Assembly (NCBI GenBank): GCA_017654855.1
Contig: CM030333.1
Location: forward strand, 4,526,001 to 4,590,000
Length of the DNA stretch: 64,000 nt
Origin: Podospora anserina
Taxonomy: Eukaryota
Direction: 5' to 3'
A model generated the notes under the pieces. It was not told the DNA's origin. It saw only the letters and a program-made list of their open reading frames with translations, and made no database searches. Numbering within the stretch: position 1 is the first letter of the stretch; every line of letters begins with the position of its first letter. Below are positions 11,941-25,721 of this stretch, in pieces. A program made the translations under genes and the position numbers.

Positions 11941-14900
11941 AGAGGCTGAAGAACGAGGACGCAGTCAATTGATGTCTGGCTTTTCCCAATCCGGAGATTA
12001 GTTTTGACCTTTTGGAGTCTTTCGATGTCAGAACCCAGACATTCATGTACCACCACATTGCCTCGCGCTCCACATGCATCATTTGTGTGTCTTTCTTTTC
12101 CTTGGCTGTTTGCCCTGTTTATCGGTTGTCGTGTGCTCCAGCAAGGAGTTGGGCGGGTCACCTTAATACCTCTTATGTTTTGTGGGGATGTATTGGGAGT
12201 GGGAGGACAGAGAGCTGGACGATGTGGGATGTGATGAAGGCATCTCTTCTCTAGCTCTCGCTCGGCGCTCCTGGGAATGGAGCGTTTTCCTAATCTGGGG
12301 TTGGATCTTACGGCAAAGGGGGAGAACACATGCAAGGGCCCGCAACGTCCGTGACGACCTGCGGAATAGGAAAGGCTTCTTCTAGCGGAGGTTGCCGCCT
12401 CGGATCTCTTTGATGGAAAGGCGGTTGGTGATTCTGGCCAATTGGGCTATGGAGCTTTTCAGAGCATTGCTTTCTTGTGTATCTTCTATTAGGAACGGGT
12501 TCGTCAGGAATCCGACAGGGCAAGGATGTTGTGAAGCTCTCTGCCATGGCAGAACCTCCCACAAGGAGGAGATGGAAACCGGCTTGTACCGCTTTGATCA
12601 ATTGAGGAAAAGTTATCAAGATGTTTGTGATGATGACCGTATATGCCTCTTGGCCAGGGCTGCGCAGAGATACGAGTATAACTGGCCGGGGGCAACGCCG
12701 TAAGTGACGAACATGGGCAATGATGGATTACAGGTCTGGATCAGGTGAATAAAACAGAAAAACATCGAGTAAATAAAAAAGTTGGCCAGTGGTATGTTGT
12801 TCGTACCTGTCACCAGTGTACATGAATACAATCCACCTCGAAGCACCCTTATCTATCTCATCATGCTCTTGCAAGTCACCAAATGAAGCTGATGAAGGCT
12901 GATTACTGATAAACAAGGCTTGAGAAGCAAAATCAGAACAGGGCTGAGGGTTATATCGCCCTCAACAACGGGGGCCAACGCCTCAATGGGTCACCTCAGC
13001 TGATGTATCACGGCGTTGAGTGATCAGTCCATCTGTCAGGAAAGCCCAGGGGGGGGGATGAGTTGAAATTGGGATGGGGGCTCCAGTGGTTAGACTGTTA
13101 CACAGGGCAAGAAAGACCGAGTTACATGCGATGTCTCCGAGCAGCGCTGAAAGCAGAAACTAGCGGCGCTGCAATTGAAAGCGCCAAGGCCCCGTGAGAC
13201 AGAGAAACTGGCCCAATCAGTTTGCAACGTTTGCCAGACGGGGCCAACCAAACTGCTGGGTCAGGGCCGGCTAGCTCTTTTGGGCCAATAGCACTTTCTC
13301 ACTTTATTATCCCGAATCCCTTATTTCTACCTGGCTTTCTTTTCCCAGATCATCACACCCACATCCTCAACGAGACCGCGGTCGGTCGGCACTACCAGCA
13401 GCAGAAGGATTGATTGTCTTCTCAACTCATCGCCCCATCTTGTCTGCGGTTCTCCTCCACGTCGGCCCCTACCCGTTGACACCCCCTGGTCGTGTTGTCG
13501 GCACACACACATTATCTCTCCACCATGAGAGGCAGGTGAAGTTACAACGCCAAGAAGCCTTGTTGTGCAGAGACAAAGTTACACCAGATTGACAAATGTG
13601 TCTCGCAACACCAAAGTACCCATCAGGTACCCGGTTGCGCTGCAGAATCGAGTGGGCCTCGCGCTACTGCAAGTCACCCGCCAGTTGTCACTCACATTTC
13701 ACCTGCACACATCTCCAGCCGATCGCCTTTCCCAGGGAGCCATCTCCCGTCCGTCCCCTGATATTATATCGAGTGCCACAGCAGCAGAAACCGTGCAGCT
13801 CACTGGTTTCCCTGCAGGAACACTTGTCAGCGTCAGACTCACCTTTGATCCTCATCTTCAACATCCCCTCTCTGATTGGGCACAGCACACGGCCGACCTC
13901 GCCGACCGAGATAACAAGCACAGAGACGCCAAGACACAGGCGATGGCGCTCATCAACTTTTGCGGGTGATTGCAGCGAGATGTCTCTGACCCGTGGTAGA
14001 AACGGCGACTTATACATCAGCTCCGAAATGGCCTGTACTCTCCGACCTACCTATCTACGATCAAACTACACACCACCACTACCTTACTTGCTAGACATAC
14101 GAAGGGCGTCTGTGCTTGCCCAACAGCGGAAAGATTACAAAGTTCGTCTTACATACAGTCTCCGCCTACCCCGTGGCTTTTTGTTTTCCAAGGTGGACCA
14201 CTAGGAGGCACATCATTAGGGTATCAACAAGCATTCGATGCTTAGGATCACCCCCTCCATGATCTCCAGATCTCCGCAGCCGAGTCCCAGAACCATGGAT
14301 CGAGATTCGGACGGCGCACATCAACCAACACCCCCACAGGACAGGGGTCTGGGTAGCTGTCAAGCATTTCTGGGGTCCAGTGAGCTGAGGAACTAGGTAC
14401 CCTGTCACGTTTTCATCAGCTTGCCTCAGTTGTATCACATTTTCACATCCCGCATTTCAAAACCTCAAAAGCAACAAAACAGAAGAGCCAAGCCGACGCG
14501 ATGGTGACCGAGCCGCTTTTCCGCAGGGCATGAAGCTCACCTTACTTAACTGGGTGAAAGCTAACACACTTCGATCTAACTTGTAGTGTTTTATGTGAGG
14601 CTTACCGGAGTGTTTACTCCTTGCTGAAGATGATGAGGATTGGCATCGACATTGCCGTAATGAGGGATGAACAGAAAACGATGATACCGCGACACCCAGC
14701 CGAGCTGGCTTGGAATATGTCTGTGGATACCCGAGACAAGATACCAAAAGACTGAGGGTTGGAACTCAGATACACGGGGAACTGACAACCGCCATCCAGC
14801 CTCGTTTGTGACAGATCACCGCCCTCTATCCCTCCCCACGGCAACGCTTCCTGTGTTTCTCGGGTCTTGATCGCCAGTCTCAGGCCGCCCAGCCCAGCCC

Positions 14901-16085
14901 TCAACTTTGACAGACGCCTGCCAAACAGGGACAGGACAAGTAACGTCCACCATTAGGGAGCTAGTCGTCGGTCCGCCGCCGGGCGCCCCAGATTTAGGGC
15001 CATCACCATGATTAGCCTGTAGGATGCCGCTGTGGCTTTAGTCAAGAACCCCGTCCTCCATCTCCCCTGCCTTGAAGGAAAAGGCCTAGCCTAGGAGTCA
15101 CATGAGGTTTGCTTTGACATACCCTACAGCGACTTCCACGGATGGATGATCAAGGGAACCTTGAGGGAGCGGAAGAGGGACAGGAGGCCTAAGGTTTTCG
15201 GGTTTTTTGTTCTGCTCGAGGACATGGCCGGGCACACACACAACGCTCGAGCAGAGTCGTTGCGTATATGGGCCATGGAGTGTGACATTTGCAAGAAGAA
15301 GTCAGACAAGGTACACTGACTGGACGGACTTTATTCAACGCCCCATGCACGTAGCCGACAAGGGGATCACTTACATACATGCATGGTGAGCCATACGAGG
15401 GAGGAATGCAGGTCGCTCCTCCTACACCCTCTCCCTCCACAGCCAGGGACATCATCCTTCGTGTTTCTTCTTCTACTCACCGAGACCTTCATGGGTAGGT
15501 GAGTAGATTCCGCGTGTGACTGGACTGCAACCGCCCGTGAGGGTTAGGGAGTAGAAGAACAAAGTTTGCGAGGGAGAGGTGGCGGCGCCTGCACCGGTCC
15601 GTTCGGCTAGGGTGCATTAGTTTTTGAAGGGAAAAGGTAGGCCGGGCTGGAGGGGATGGACATGTGATTTGTTGATCTGGGCCGAGAGGGAGTGGGAGGG
15701 CTGGGGAGGGCGGGTTACTAGGTTGGGTACTCCGTACATATGGCGGTGGTGTGGGTGGTGAGTGAGGCTGTGGGTTGGGTCACTTTGCGGTGTGGTGAGG
15801 GTGAGGTTGAGTACATAGGGAGGTGTATGTACATAGGGTGGGTGGAAGGGTGGGGGGTGCGGGGGGTATGCATAGCTTACCACGAACGGAGAGCAAAAGT
15901 CACACCATTAGGTGTACTCTGTTTGGAAAGGTAAGGCTGTAGAGGTATGTTTGATGTCAAAGTGTCCAGATGGATTGATGATGATAGGTTGAGACTGTTT
16001 TCATGGAGATGTACCGTAATGTAATGAGATGACAAGCATGGCAATGGAAACTATTGATCGATTATTTGTCTAGTGATCATGGCCG

Positions 16086-16114
16086 TCTCTCTCTCTCTCT
16101 CACTCACTCACTCA

Positions 16115-16165
<51 letters not shown>
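16086..16165. repeat. Compound microsatellite (TC)n-(ACTC)n-(AC)n
   Basis: Directly visible: a TC run, ACTC units, then more than 20 AC units. Confidence 0.97.
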
Positions 16166-16168
<3 letters not shown>

Positions 16169-17635
16169 TGGTGCCTGCGTTGGACACTCACACCGAGGCA
16201 CACCTCGCCTAAGCGGTGGGTGATTTCTTTTGACAGGAAAGCAGCAAGCATAACGTAGAAGACAGATGTGAGGCGCACACCGGTTTCATAGTTTTTTTCT
16301 TCTTTTGTTTCAAGTAACAACCTAGGCTGGGCATATCCACACGCACGCGGTGTTGTCATGAGTTTGCCTACCGCGATCCCTAATCTCTCACTAGGTAGGT
16401 AGGATCACTCATGGAGGTAGGCGTCAGTACACAGGCAAAAGAGTTGGGGAGGAGATGCGGTGATGGCTTTTTGCTTAGATCTGTGAATGGGTGGGGTTCA
16501 GCCTTGATTCATGTCAGTTACTGATTCCTTCTAACAGGGTGAGAGGATGTGGGCGGGTAGGTTGGCGATTGAGATTTCCAAGTTGATCTACTGCCAGGTT
16601 GACGCAACGGCGGCCAAGTGGAAAGCTTTCCAGGATGGGAGAGAGTTGGAGAAACAATAACAGGGCGTTTGCTTGGAGTTAGTTGCTTGTTTTGGTATAC
16701 TATGGGGGGACGGGGTAAAAGCATTTCTTTACTGCTTGGCTCTTTCGACAAAATGACATATCAGCCCTCCTACTATGCTTTAGAGTGGAGGTAGATAGTT
16801 TGTGAGTTACAGGTAGGTACCTGTAGTATAGTAAAGAGCACGCAGGATATGGAGTCTGTCCACTGCCTACATGCCTCCGTGTACAAAGGGGGGCAGGCTA
16901 ACCCCCTTCTTGCCCTCTTGAAGTGCTGATTTTGAAAACGGAAAGACGTTCCGAAAAAGATGCTGGCCGTTGCTACAGTATATATGTATCACACTTATCT
17001 TGCTTTGACTAGGAATGGAGGGGCTAACTATCTTCTTAAACTTTGTGTGAACAAAAGTCCATTCCATTTCAAGCCATCACTAGTTGGTTTGTTGTTTATA
17101 TCGCTTATTCGCTGTGATTTATGGCGAAGAGGATTCAAAACACCTCGGCTTAGGCCCTTTGCCAACATACTCACCGACTCAAAAACAAAAAGTTGAGACT
17201 GCCGGTGGGAAATCAAGGCTTTTGGGAAATAGTTCAATGGGGACTTTGGGAATGGTTGACAGAGAGCACTGTTGACATGAATCAATATACGGCCAGAAAT
17301 AGTTCAATAGGCCTGCCTTTAAACACAGTTTACTACTTCTTGCTATCTTCACTGGGCCTGGCATCTTTTGATGGTTAAGGAACAAGGCAATGGTCTTGAC
17401 GCCAACACTTACAGCAACTCGAGGCTGAGAAATCAGCATAGAAGTAGGGTAAGAAAAAAAGAACAAATCAAGCGAAAATCAGTAAGAAAGAATTGTCATA
17501 TCATTAGTCCATTTCATGCTTCATTTCATGCCACCTTGCTGTGTGCTGTGCTGTGCTGTGCTATGCTAGAAAACTCTCTTGTTTGGTTGTCTAATGTTCG
17601 CAAAGCATGCCTGCCCATCATTCCTCTCCCCAGGT

Positions 17636-18486
17636 CTAGAATTGATCTGTTCATCTTGTTTTAGCAAACACAAGCCCTTCGTCACTTCGAAATCGAGGGA
17701 GAACATACCTAGCGTCATACTCATGCTGACATCCGTATTCTCCACCATCTTGGTAAACTCCTCAAAACTGATCTTCCCGTCCTTGTCCAGGTCGGCCTCC
17801 ATGATGGTCTTGTCCACAATCTGCTGCAGCTGCTGGTCCTTGAGGTTGTTGCCCACCATCATCTTCAGGACGATGAACAGCTCGCCGTTGGAGATGTAGC
17901 CGTCACGGTCAATGTCGTAGACCTTGAAGGCGAACCGGAGCTTCTGCTCCTTGTTGCCCTTGGAGGAGAAGGCGGAAAGGCCAGAGACGAACTCTTGGAA
18001 GTCGACGTCGCCGCCGCCGTCTTCGTCGAAGATGGCAATCATTCTTTGGGATGGGTGTTAGTATTTGGGGGTTGGGTGAGAGGAAGGGGAGGTACCTACC
18101 TGGTGGCGAGTGGGTTGGAGGATATTTGAGGGAGCGAAAGGAACTCCTCGCGCTCGATAGTGCCGGAGTTATCCTGTTTGTGTTGAACATGTCGTATTAG
18201 CCCCATATTCGTCATATCTCTCCCATTCTCTCGGGACATTCCCATCCTCTTTCCTGTTCCTATTCCCCGTTGATCCTTGTTCTAACAAATATGAAATGAA
18301 CATGCCTTATCCAACTTCATAAACCTCTTCCGCAGCCGGTCAACTTCATCCCTGTCGACTATTCATGGTGAAAAAAACCACATGTCAATGACTTGTCCCC
18401 ATCATTTCTCCTGAATGTCATGGTGAAAACCAACAGTTGGACCCCTGAACAATGTTGTCCAGCACGCTGCTGGTCTGGTTGCCCAT
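17636..18486 (-). CDS. CNB1: Calcineurin regulatory subunit B (174 aa); exons 18486-18435, 18358-18306, 18173-18100, 18043-17709, 17646-17636
   Basis: MGNQTS myristoylation-type N-terminus and four EF-hands ([40 protein letters not shown]). Spliced length 525 nt, ending MTLDQF*. Confidence 0.97.
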
Positions 18487-20001
18487 TTTGACTGATAATT
18501 ATCGTCCGCCGAGTATTATATTTCTGCCTGTATGCTCTCGTCTAGAGAATGTCTTCTTAAAGAAGAAGGGAAAAAAGTCGGTTGGAGCGGTTTGGTGCTG
18601 TCGCGAGTCGTCAGTGGCGGTAAAGGTGCGGCGGAGGGTGTCGATCAGGTTAATGAAAGAATGCTGAGTGTTGAAAGGGTCAAGTTTGCGCAAGAAATCA
18701 AAACCAAACAGGACCAGATATCAAAGAAGGTTGCTGAATAAAGCTGCCCGCTACTCTCTACTCGTGAGATATCGATATCGGCGCAGGCGGTCGGCGGTCG
18801 AGGCTGCAGGAGCAAGTAGTGTAATTCGGTACCCAAGCTCCAGGTTCGTCGTTCGTGATATTGCAGCGGAACAAGTTGATCCGTCCGTCAGGTGAGGCTG
18901 AGGTTCGTCTAGTTCAGGAGCTTTTCCCCAACTCCTATTTTCGATGAGGGTTTGCTTTGCGATCAACAACACACGGCTTCTGGACTCTCTCCCAAACCCA
19001 ACTGGCGGCGGCGACTTACGAAAAGCGGGGTGCGGCACAAGAAAGAGGTTCCAAATCAGGCCCCCCAGCCCAGGGTTTGACGGGGAGTGGGGGTGATCTC
19101 AAGCCACAAGCTGCCGCCACACACGGTCGTCATGAATGGCGCACGAGCCACATTTATTCCAGGTTGCCTTGGCAAACGAAGCGAGGCAACAAACGGGCAG
19201 GGCCTCACCTTGATTTGTTCTCACCTCACCTTGCGCGTCACCCCCCCGGCCGCGAACCAGCGTCGCGTTCAGGCGCCCATCCATGGCAAGCTGAGGAAGG
19301 CGAAAGAACGGAATGCACGTGCCAGACACAGCGCAAAGAGAGAAGTTGTATGAGAGATTGAACTGCAGTCCAATCACACTATAAAATATCAGTGGTTGAT
19401 GATCATGATACTTTATGAGATTTCAAATAAAGTGGCTTTAAAATGTCGAATTTGAAGCTAAAAAAAGTCCATTCCCTTATTTGCAGTGAACTAACAATGA
19501 AATAAAAAAAAAACTGACGTCAAGACATTGCGCGGCTGTGAATTGTTCCAAGCATCTCCTCTCCAAGATAAGGGATGCGCTCTTTCGCAGTAGCAGAGCC
19601 TGATTTTTAGGTGCAAAGAGGGGCAGATTGCTTGGTGTTTGTTGCTGCTGCTGCGCCCTTTGAACAATTTACTGGGTGCAGCACGGGAAATGCACGCTCT
19701 CCCAATCGGCTAGGCAGGTAGGGAAGAGTGGGCACGTTCCCCCCCTTTCAAAGAGCCCGGCCAAAGTCAGCCAATCGCCAGAAGCGTCCTGGAACACGCC
19801 GCCAAAACAGCAAATTCTGCGCCAGAACTTCAACGACACTCCATCGCGATACGAGAATTTGGCCATCAAAATACCACCAACAACGCCATTTTTGCATCGA
19901 AAAAATCGATACACTCCTTTCGCATGGTCCGCTGAATGATTTAAAAAAATTTATTAGGGGTTTCCCCAGGCTTTTTGCCCCTCTCACCGCCCTTAGCAGC
20001 C

Positions 20002-21938
20002 ATGGCGACCCGGAAGGTTAGGATCAAGAAGTTGGCTCCAAAAACGCCTCTATCCGTCCTCAGAGAAGACCAAATCGACCCTTCAGAATACGAACAACTC
20101 ACCTCCGAAGCCCAAATCGCAACCGGTGTCGAACAGGCCGAGGAAAATGTATGTCAAAAACTCACCTTGATTGACGGCCACGTGTCACGTGCACCAGCAC
20201 GTGCACGGACCATATCAAGTTGCCCTTACACCACAAGACTTACCCAACAGCACTTGATAGCATCTGATACTGACCTTGAAATGACAGGAGTACCATCTTC
20301 AGGCAGTCCTGCAGCATGCAGGTGTCGCTGCCGACAAGGAAATTCCCGTCCCACCACCACAGGAGAGCACACTCAACTATGACGAGCTCTACTCACAGCG
20401 GTGCTCCCAGCCATCAACATATATCCGCTTTTCTCAAACAGTAGAAGAATGCATAGGATGCATGTATGACATGACGGAGGAGGACGATGTTTTTCTCAAG
20501 GCATACAACTCAAAACGAGCCGCCTCTGCCCAGCTCTCAGAAGATGACTTTGAGAAGATCATGGAGGTGTATGAGGACACCGCCTTCATCAAAACCCCGT
20601 TTGCCTCAATAGACCAGACAATAGCCCCATATGAGGAGATGCTCCAAGGCCTTCAAAGCTTGGAGAGAGGAAAGGTCATGCCTCACGCCAAAGAGATCTA
20701 TGAGTATTGGAAATCACGGCGGCAAGCTCTGAGCAACCGACCGTTACATCCCACTCTCAAGTTTGAGATCTCCCCTGACAGTGATGACATGGACCCCTAT
20801 GTCTGTTTCCGTCGGCGAGAAGTACGTGCCACTCGCAAGACAAGAGCACGAGATGTGCTGTGCGCAGATAAGCTCAAGCGACTGCGGAGGGAGCTTGAGG
20901 ATGCGCGCCAGTTGGCCATGGCTGCCCACCAAAGGGAGCTTTTCAAGGCCGAGATGCTCAAGACTGACCGCGCCATCTTTGAGACGCGCGGGACACTCAA
21001 GGAGCTCAAGGTCAGGTTGGGGATCAAGACCGACGACGAAGATCTCGTCAACCAAAAGGTCAGTCTATCATGCCCTCTCCTACTGCCACCACCCCCAACG
21101 GATTCTGACCCGTCTCCAGCCCCAGAAACGAAAAGCGCCAGAGGCCCCTGCCGTCCAGCGACCCCCACCACCTGCCCAACTTCGTATGCCCGTACGACCA
21201 GATGGCCGTCCTGCCGAGGCAGATCTCTCGCAGCTGGCTGATCGCCTTGCTGAGAAGGAGAACGAGCTCCGGATTGATATCGAGAAGAAGGTGCTGACCC
21301 ATAGCGAATGGAATCGCAACTATGTGGACTTGACTAGGGGTCCGTTGTCTCCGGTGCATGGGCCCCTTCAAGATCCCAACTTTAGGCCAGCCAAGACCCA
21401 ATATCTGATGACACCACCAGCTTCGGCGTCGTCGGTATCCATGGAGGAACCCACCCCTATGGAGCTTGACAAGCCAGAAAAGCCACGAGACTTTGGCCCG
21501 CTCTTGAAATTTAGGGGAGTAGCTCCGGATGAGGAGTCGAGAGCAAACCCGCCATCGTACCGTCGGCGTATTGGTCGTCTCAATCGGCTGTGGATTGATC
21601 GTCGTGGCTTGGCTAGTCCTCCCCGTGAAGTCAGCGCAGAACAGTACGACCGCTGGAAATATGACCAGTCGTCGGATGATGAGGACGAGCCCGAGGTGTA
21701 CGAGGTTGATCCCTTTGATACCCGGGCACTGAAATTCCGCGCCTCTGTCCCGCCTCCAGTGTGGATGACACACCGAGTAGTTCCTAACTCAAGAACTATG
21801 ATGCCAGCCGCGCAGGCTGCGATGATGCAGCAACAACAGCATCAGCAGCAACATCCAATACCACCAAACCAACCGGCGTCACTACCAGCACAACTGCAGG
21901 CGACGAAATCGCCTGCACAAGTGAAGGGAGCAACATGA
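20002..21938 (+). CDS. EPL1: Enhancer of polycomb-like 1 (NuA4 subunit); exons 20002-20148, 20288-21058, 21120-21938
   Basis: ATGVEQAEEN|EYHLQ, YDMTEED, DPYVCFRRREVR and YRRRIGRLNRLWIDRR motifs; canonical introns. Confidence 0.93.
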
Positions 21939-24149
21939 AGTTGTCCTTTGTGCTTTTGTGTATTTCGCCCTTATTTTTCCCCGTCGCCCGTTCAGGATGC
22001 GACGGGAGCAGCAAGCCACAAAGGTGGTCTTGCTCTGTATATCCCCTCTCTCAACACTCCGATGGTGCATTTAGCGATGGGCTTGAAACAAGAGGAGCCC
22101 GTCGTGGCTGGCGAGGAGTTCGGTGCAGTTGGTTTTTGTGTAGCATATAATTGCGGAAGCGAGCGGGCGAGTGACGGATGATGTATAGACGACGGTGAAG
22201 ACTATGCCATAGACATAGACGTCAGGGACAAGGGCCAAGGCGTGCCGGGCGGCTGAATAATAAAAAAAGAAAGCAGTGATATCTGCAAAAACTAATTTGT
22301 CGTTCCAAACTTGCCGAAGTCGTGGTATTGGTGTGAGAATTTGCGCGAAGAATCGGAGGCGTTGTTTGGGTCCCAGTTATAGGTCCTGAGCGCCGGTGGT
22401 AGCTCGACAAAGTTTATCCCACAACCAATTGTGGAACTCACTCCGCAGCCGTTGAACATCGACATGGCCGAGGGCGGATGCGACGCATCAAGGCAGGTTG
22501 TGCCCAACGAAGCCGAGAGCATAACTCGAAGGGCTTTTCGCAGAATGCTGTGCAGAAGGTTGGAAATCATCTTCCTGGCGAAAAGAAAGATGTCATCCCG
22601 GGAGGCAAATGGTAGCCGATGCGCCGGTGATTTTGCATCCCTGGGTGGAGTGATTGTTGGCGAGGGCTTTGTTCCACAGGAGAAGCACAAACCAGCAGCG
22701 GGCTCAGAAGCAATTCCCAGCTGACCACAGAAATGTGGGTCCACCTCTCATCCCAGCATGACGACCCTATCCGGGGGCGAACGGCAGGATGAAAAGGAGG
22801 AGCAATGTGTGCAATACCGACGCCGGAATCGTCGCGAGCTCTCGACATCGGCGTGAACGGTTCCGCTGAAAACTCTTGCGTGCTCTGTTGCTGGCACCGG
22901 CCGAGACCAAGGCAGAGGCAGAGAGCCACATGCGCGGGAATTCCGGGTCTTGATATCTGTGCAAGACGGCCACCCGTAGAGTAGAGGAGAGCGCAAGCTT
23001 GTCAGATGAAGGGAAAACCAAGCTGTGACAGATCTCGAACACCGTAGCGATCCTGAGCAGGAGCGAGGCCACGTAGGAGTGTGGTTCGCCGGGGACAGAT
23101 CAATGGCGAGCAGGCAGCTCCCGTGAGGGAAACAAGGCGCCATTGGCAGCTCCCGCGGGCTGATGCCGGGTATTTTTGAAGCAGATAGATGTGGAAGACT
23201 GTGACAAGTTTCCTCGAGGACGACGGTGTTTTGTGCGCTGATCGTGCATCTCTGGGTAAAAGCAAAGTCAGTCTCGGAATCATAAGCGCCGGAAGAAAGC
23301 CTTCCGCCAGGATGGAGGACGCCGTGGCAGGCAAGCTTGAGGTTTCCGGAGAAGGAAAGCAGAAAATAGAACATACCTGAAGAATCGAGAGATCACGGAG
23401 GAGGAGATATACTCTTCGCCACCGGAGGTGCGGTCTTCAGGCCGGGAGGAGGGTGAAAGATCAGCATTGCTGGAGATAAGCACCAGAGCTCAGCTGGGAC
23501 CCATGCGCTGGTCTTCAGGGGAGGAAATCGGGGTCAGAAAATGGAGGAGGGCAAAAGGTTTTGCAAGATGATGGTACAGACGAAGGAGGGGAAGGCTCCC
23601 GGTGTGCCGGACATCATGGCAGGCAATGTGTTGTGTGTGTGGCAGGATTGCTGATGTCGACAGCGATGGCTGCTAAAGAGAATTGGTACTTTCTCAGTGC
23701 AGTGGGGCCCACACTACCGAAGCCCCCAAAAGGCGTCGACTCCAGTCTTGCGGAGCCCTGCATCCTGATCCAATCGGGAAGTGCGCACGAGCCAAGAAAG
23801 CTTCGGTACGTACCCAGGCAGATCAAACGTCCTGACCCCTCAGGGAAAGAAACCTATGCCCCGCTGACGAAATATCCGTCCCGTCAAAAAGCTACCCCTC
23901 CTGCAGGCTATCGGCGGCCATCAGAGTTAATAACGACGTCTAAGAGACGAAGGCATTTTGTAGACTAACAGAGGCCTGATATTCACCTCGACTCTCTACG
24001 ACCTATCAATTGAGTTTCTACACGTCAACCCGACTCCTCGTCCCAGCAAGCAACAACGCGCAACAACCCAGCGAAGTTCAGCCACCTCTCAACCCTCCAC
24101 CCCACCCCCACCATCCTCATCCCAACTCTGAATACTATCTAATCCGATC

Positions 24150-25268
24150 ATGTCTCAACCTCACTCACCACCACCACCACCAGCACAACCACAACCCCCC
24201 AACATGACAGACCTCCTCAAAAAACCCCGCCGAATAGCCCTCGGCTGTGAGGGCTCAGCCAACAAACTGGGCATTGGCATCATCCTCCACGAAAACGACG
24301 CCTCCACCGTCCTCTCCAACATCCGCCACACCTTCGTTTCCCCCCCCGGCACCGGCTTTCTCCCCAAAGACACCGCCGCCCACCACCGCTCCTTCTTCGT
24401 CCGCATCGCCCTCCAAGCCCTCCGTGTCGCCAACATCACCATCCCAGATATAGACTGCATCTGCTACACCCGCGGCCCCGGCATGGGCGCCCCCCTCACC
24501 TCGGTCGCCATCGCCGCCCGAACCCTTTCTCTCTTGTGGAACAAACCCCTCGTCGGCGTCAACCACTGCGTAGGCCACATCGAAATGGGCCGCGCCATCA
24601 CCGGCGCCTCCCACCCCGTAGTATTGTACGTTTCCGGAGGCAACACCCAAGTCATAGCCTACGCCGAGCAACGCTACCGCATCTTTGGCGAAGCCCTCGA
24701 CATAGCGGTAGGAAACTGCCTAGACAGATTCGCCCGAACACTAGAAATAAGCAACGACCCTGCCCCAGGGTATAATATCGAACAGCTCGCCAAACAAGGC
24801 GGGCGCATCCTCCTCGACCTCCCCTATGCAGTAAAAGGGATGGACTGCTCCTTCAGCGGGATCCTAACCCGGGCGGACGAGCTGGCGGCGCATATGAAGA
24901 GCGGGGGGAAAGGCCCAGACGGGGAAGCGTTTACACCCGCGGATCTGTGCTTTTCGCTTCAGGAAACGATTTTTGCCATGCTGGTCGAGATCACGGAACG
25001 GGCGATGGCGCACGTGGGGAGTTCCCAGGTTCTGATCGTGGGGGGTGTGGGCTGCAACGAAAGACTACAGGAGATGATGGGTGCCATGGCGGCGGAGAGG
25101 GGGGGGAGCGTCTATGCCACAGACGAGAGGTTCTGCATCGACAATGGGATCATGATTGCGCACGCTGGGCTGCTGGCATACGAGACTGGGTTCCAGACCC
25201 CCATCGAGGAAAGTACGTGTACCCAGCGGTTTAGGACGGATGAGGTGTTGGTGAAATGGAGAAAGTGA
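24150..25268 (+). CDS. KAE1: tRNA t6A threonylcarbamoyltransferase, KEOPS subunit (alternative start at 24204)
   Basis: [58 protein letters not shown]. Confidence 0.97.
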   Translation: MSQPHSPPPPPAQPQPPNMTDLLKKPRRIALGCEGSANKLGIGIILHENDASTVLSNIRHTFVSPPGTGFLPKDTAAHHRSFFVRIALQALRVANITIPDIDCICYTRGPGMGAPLTSVAIAARTLSLLWNKPLVGVNHCVGHIEMGRAITGASHPVVLYVSGGNTQVIAYAEQRYRIFGEALDIAVGNCLDRFARTLEISNDPAPGYNIEQLAKQGGRILLDLPYAVKGMDCSFSGILTRADELAAHMKSGGKGPDGEAFTPADLCFSLQETIFAMLVEITERAMAHVGSSQVLIVGGVGCNERLQEMMGAMAAERGGSVYATDERFCIDNGIMIAHAGLLAYETGFQTPIEESTCTQRFRTDEVLVKWRK

Positions 25269-25721
25269 TGCATGATACCAAAGAGAAGAAGAAACAAGGT
25301 TTCACACCGAACTAAACAAACAGTTTTGGACCCCTTGTGAAAAGGTAGTTGTATTTGCATCTGGTCGGGCTGGTGGCCGTTTGGATCAAACAGTCCATGA
25401 CCCCACCCACTCGTCATTTCCCCCGTTTCAACAAAAGCTCCGACCTACATGATATCGAGACACGCAATTCTCACATAAGCCCAAGTGATATCTCTTTCTC
25501 TTTCAGACCATCAAAAACGTAGCCCGCCCGGCATACACACACACCATCATCTTCTGATGGTGTTACCAAAGTCTGGCCACCAATTCATATTACTCCAAGA
25601 AACCCCGGCCTCTAAAAACACTGCCATGCAAAAAAACAAAGCCCTGCCTCCCGCCACCACCAATCCATGATAGTAATAATTCTTGGAATTAGCGTTAAAT
25701 CATGTAAGAAAAAGGAAATAT

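Noticed and set aside
14630-14755. ATGATGA...CTGA pair
   Set aside because: No recognisable rRNA or snRNA antisense element.
15473-15506. Hairpin CTACTCACC..GGTGAGTAG, with a splice-donor-like site on each strand
   Set aside because: Only a 9-bp stem, and I could not build a gene model on either strand.
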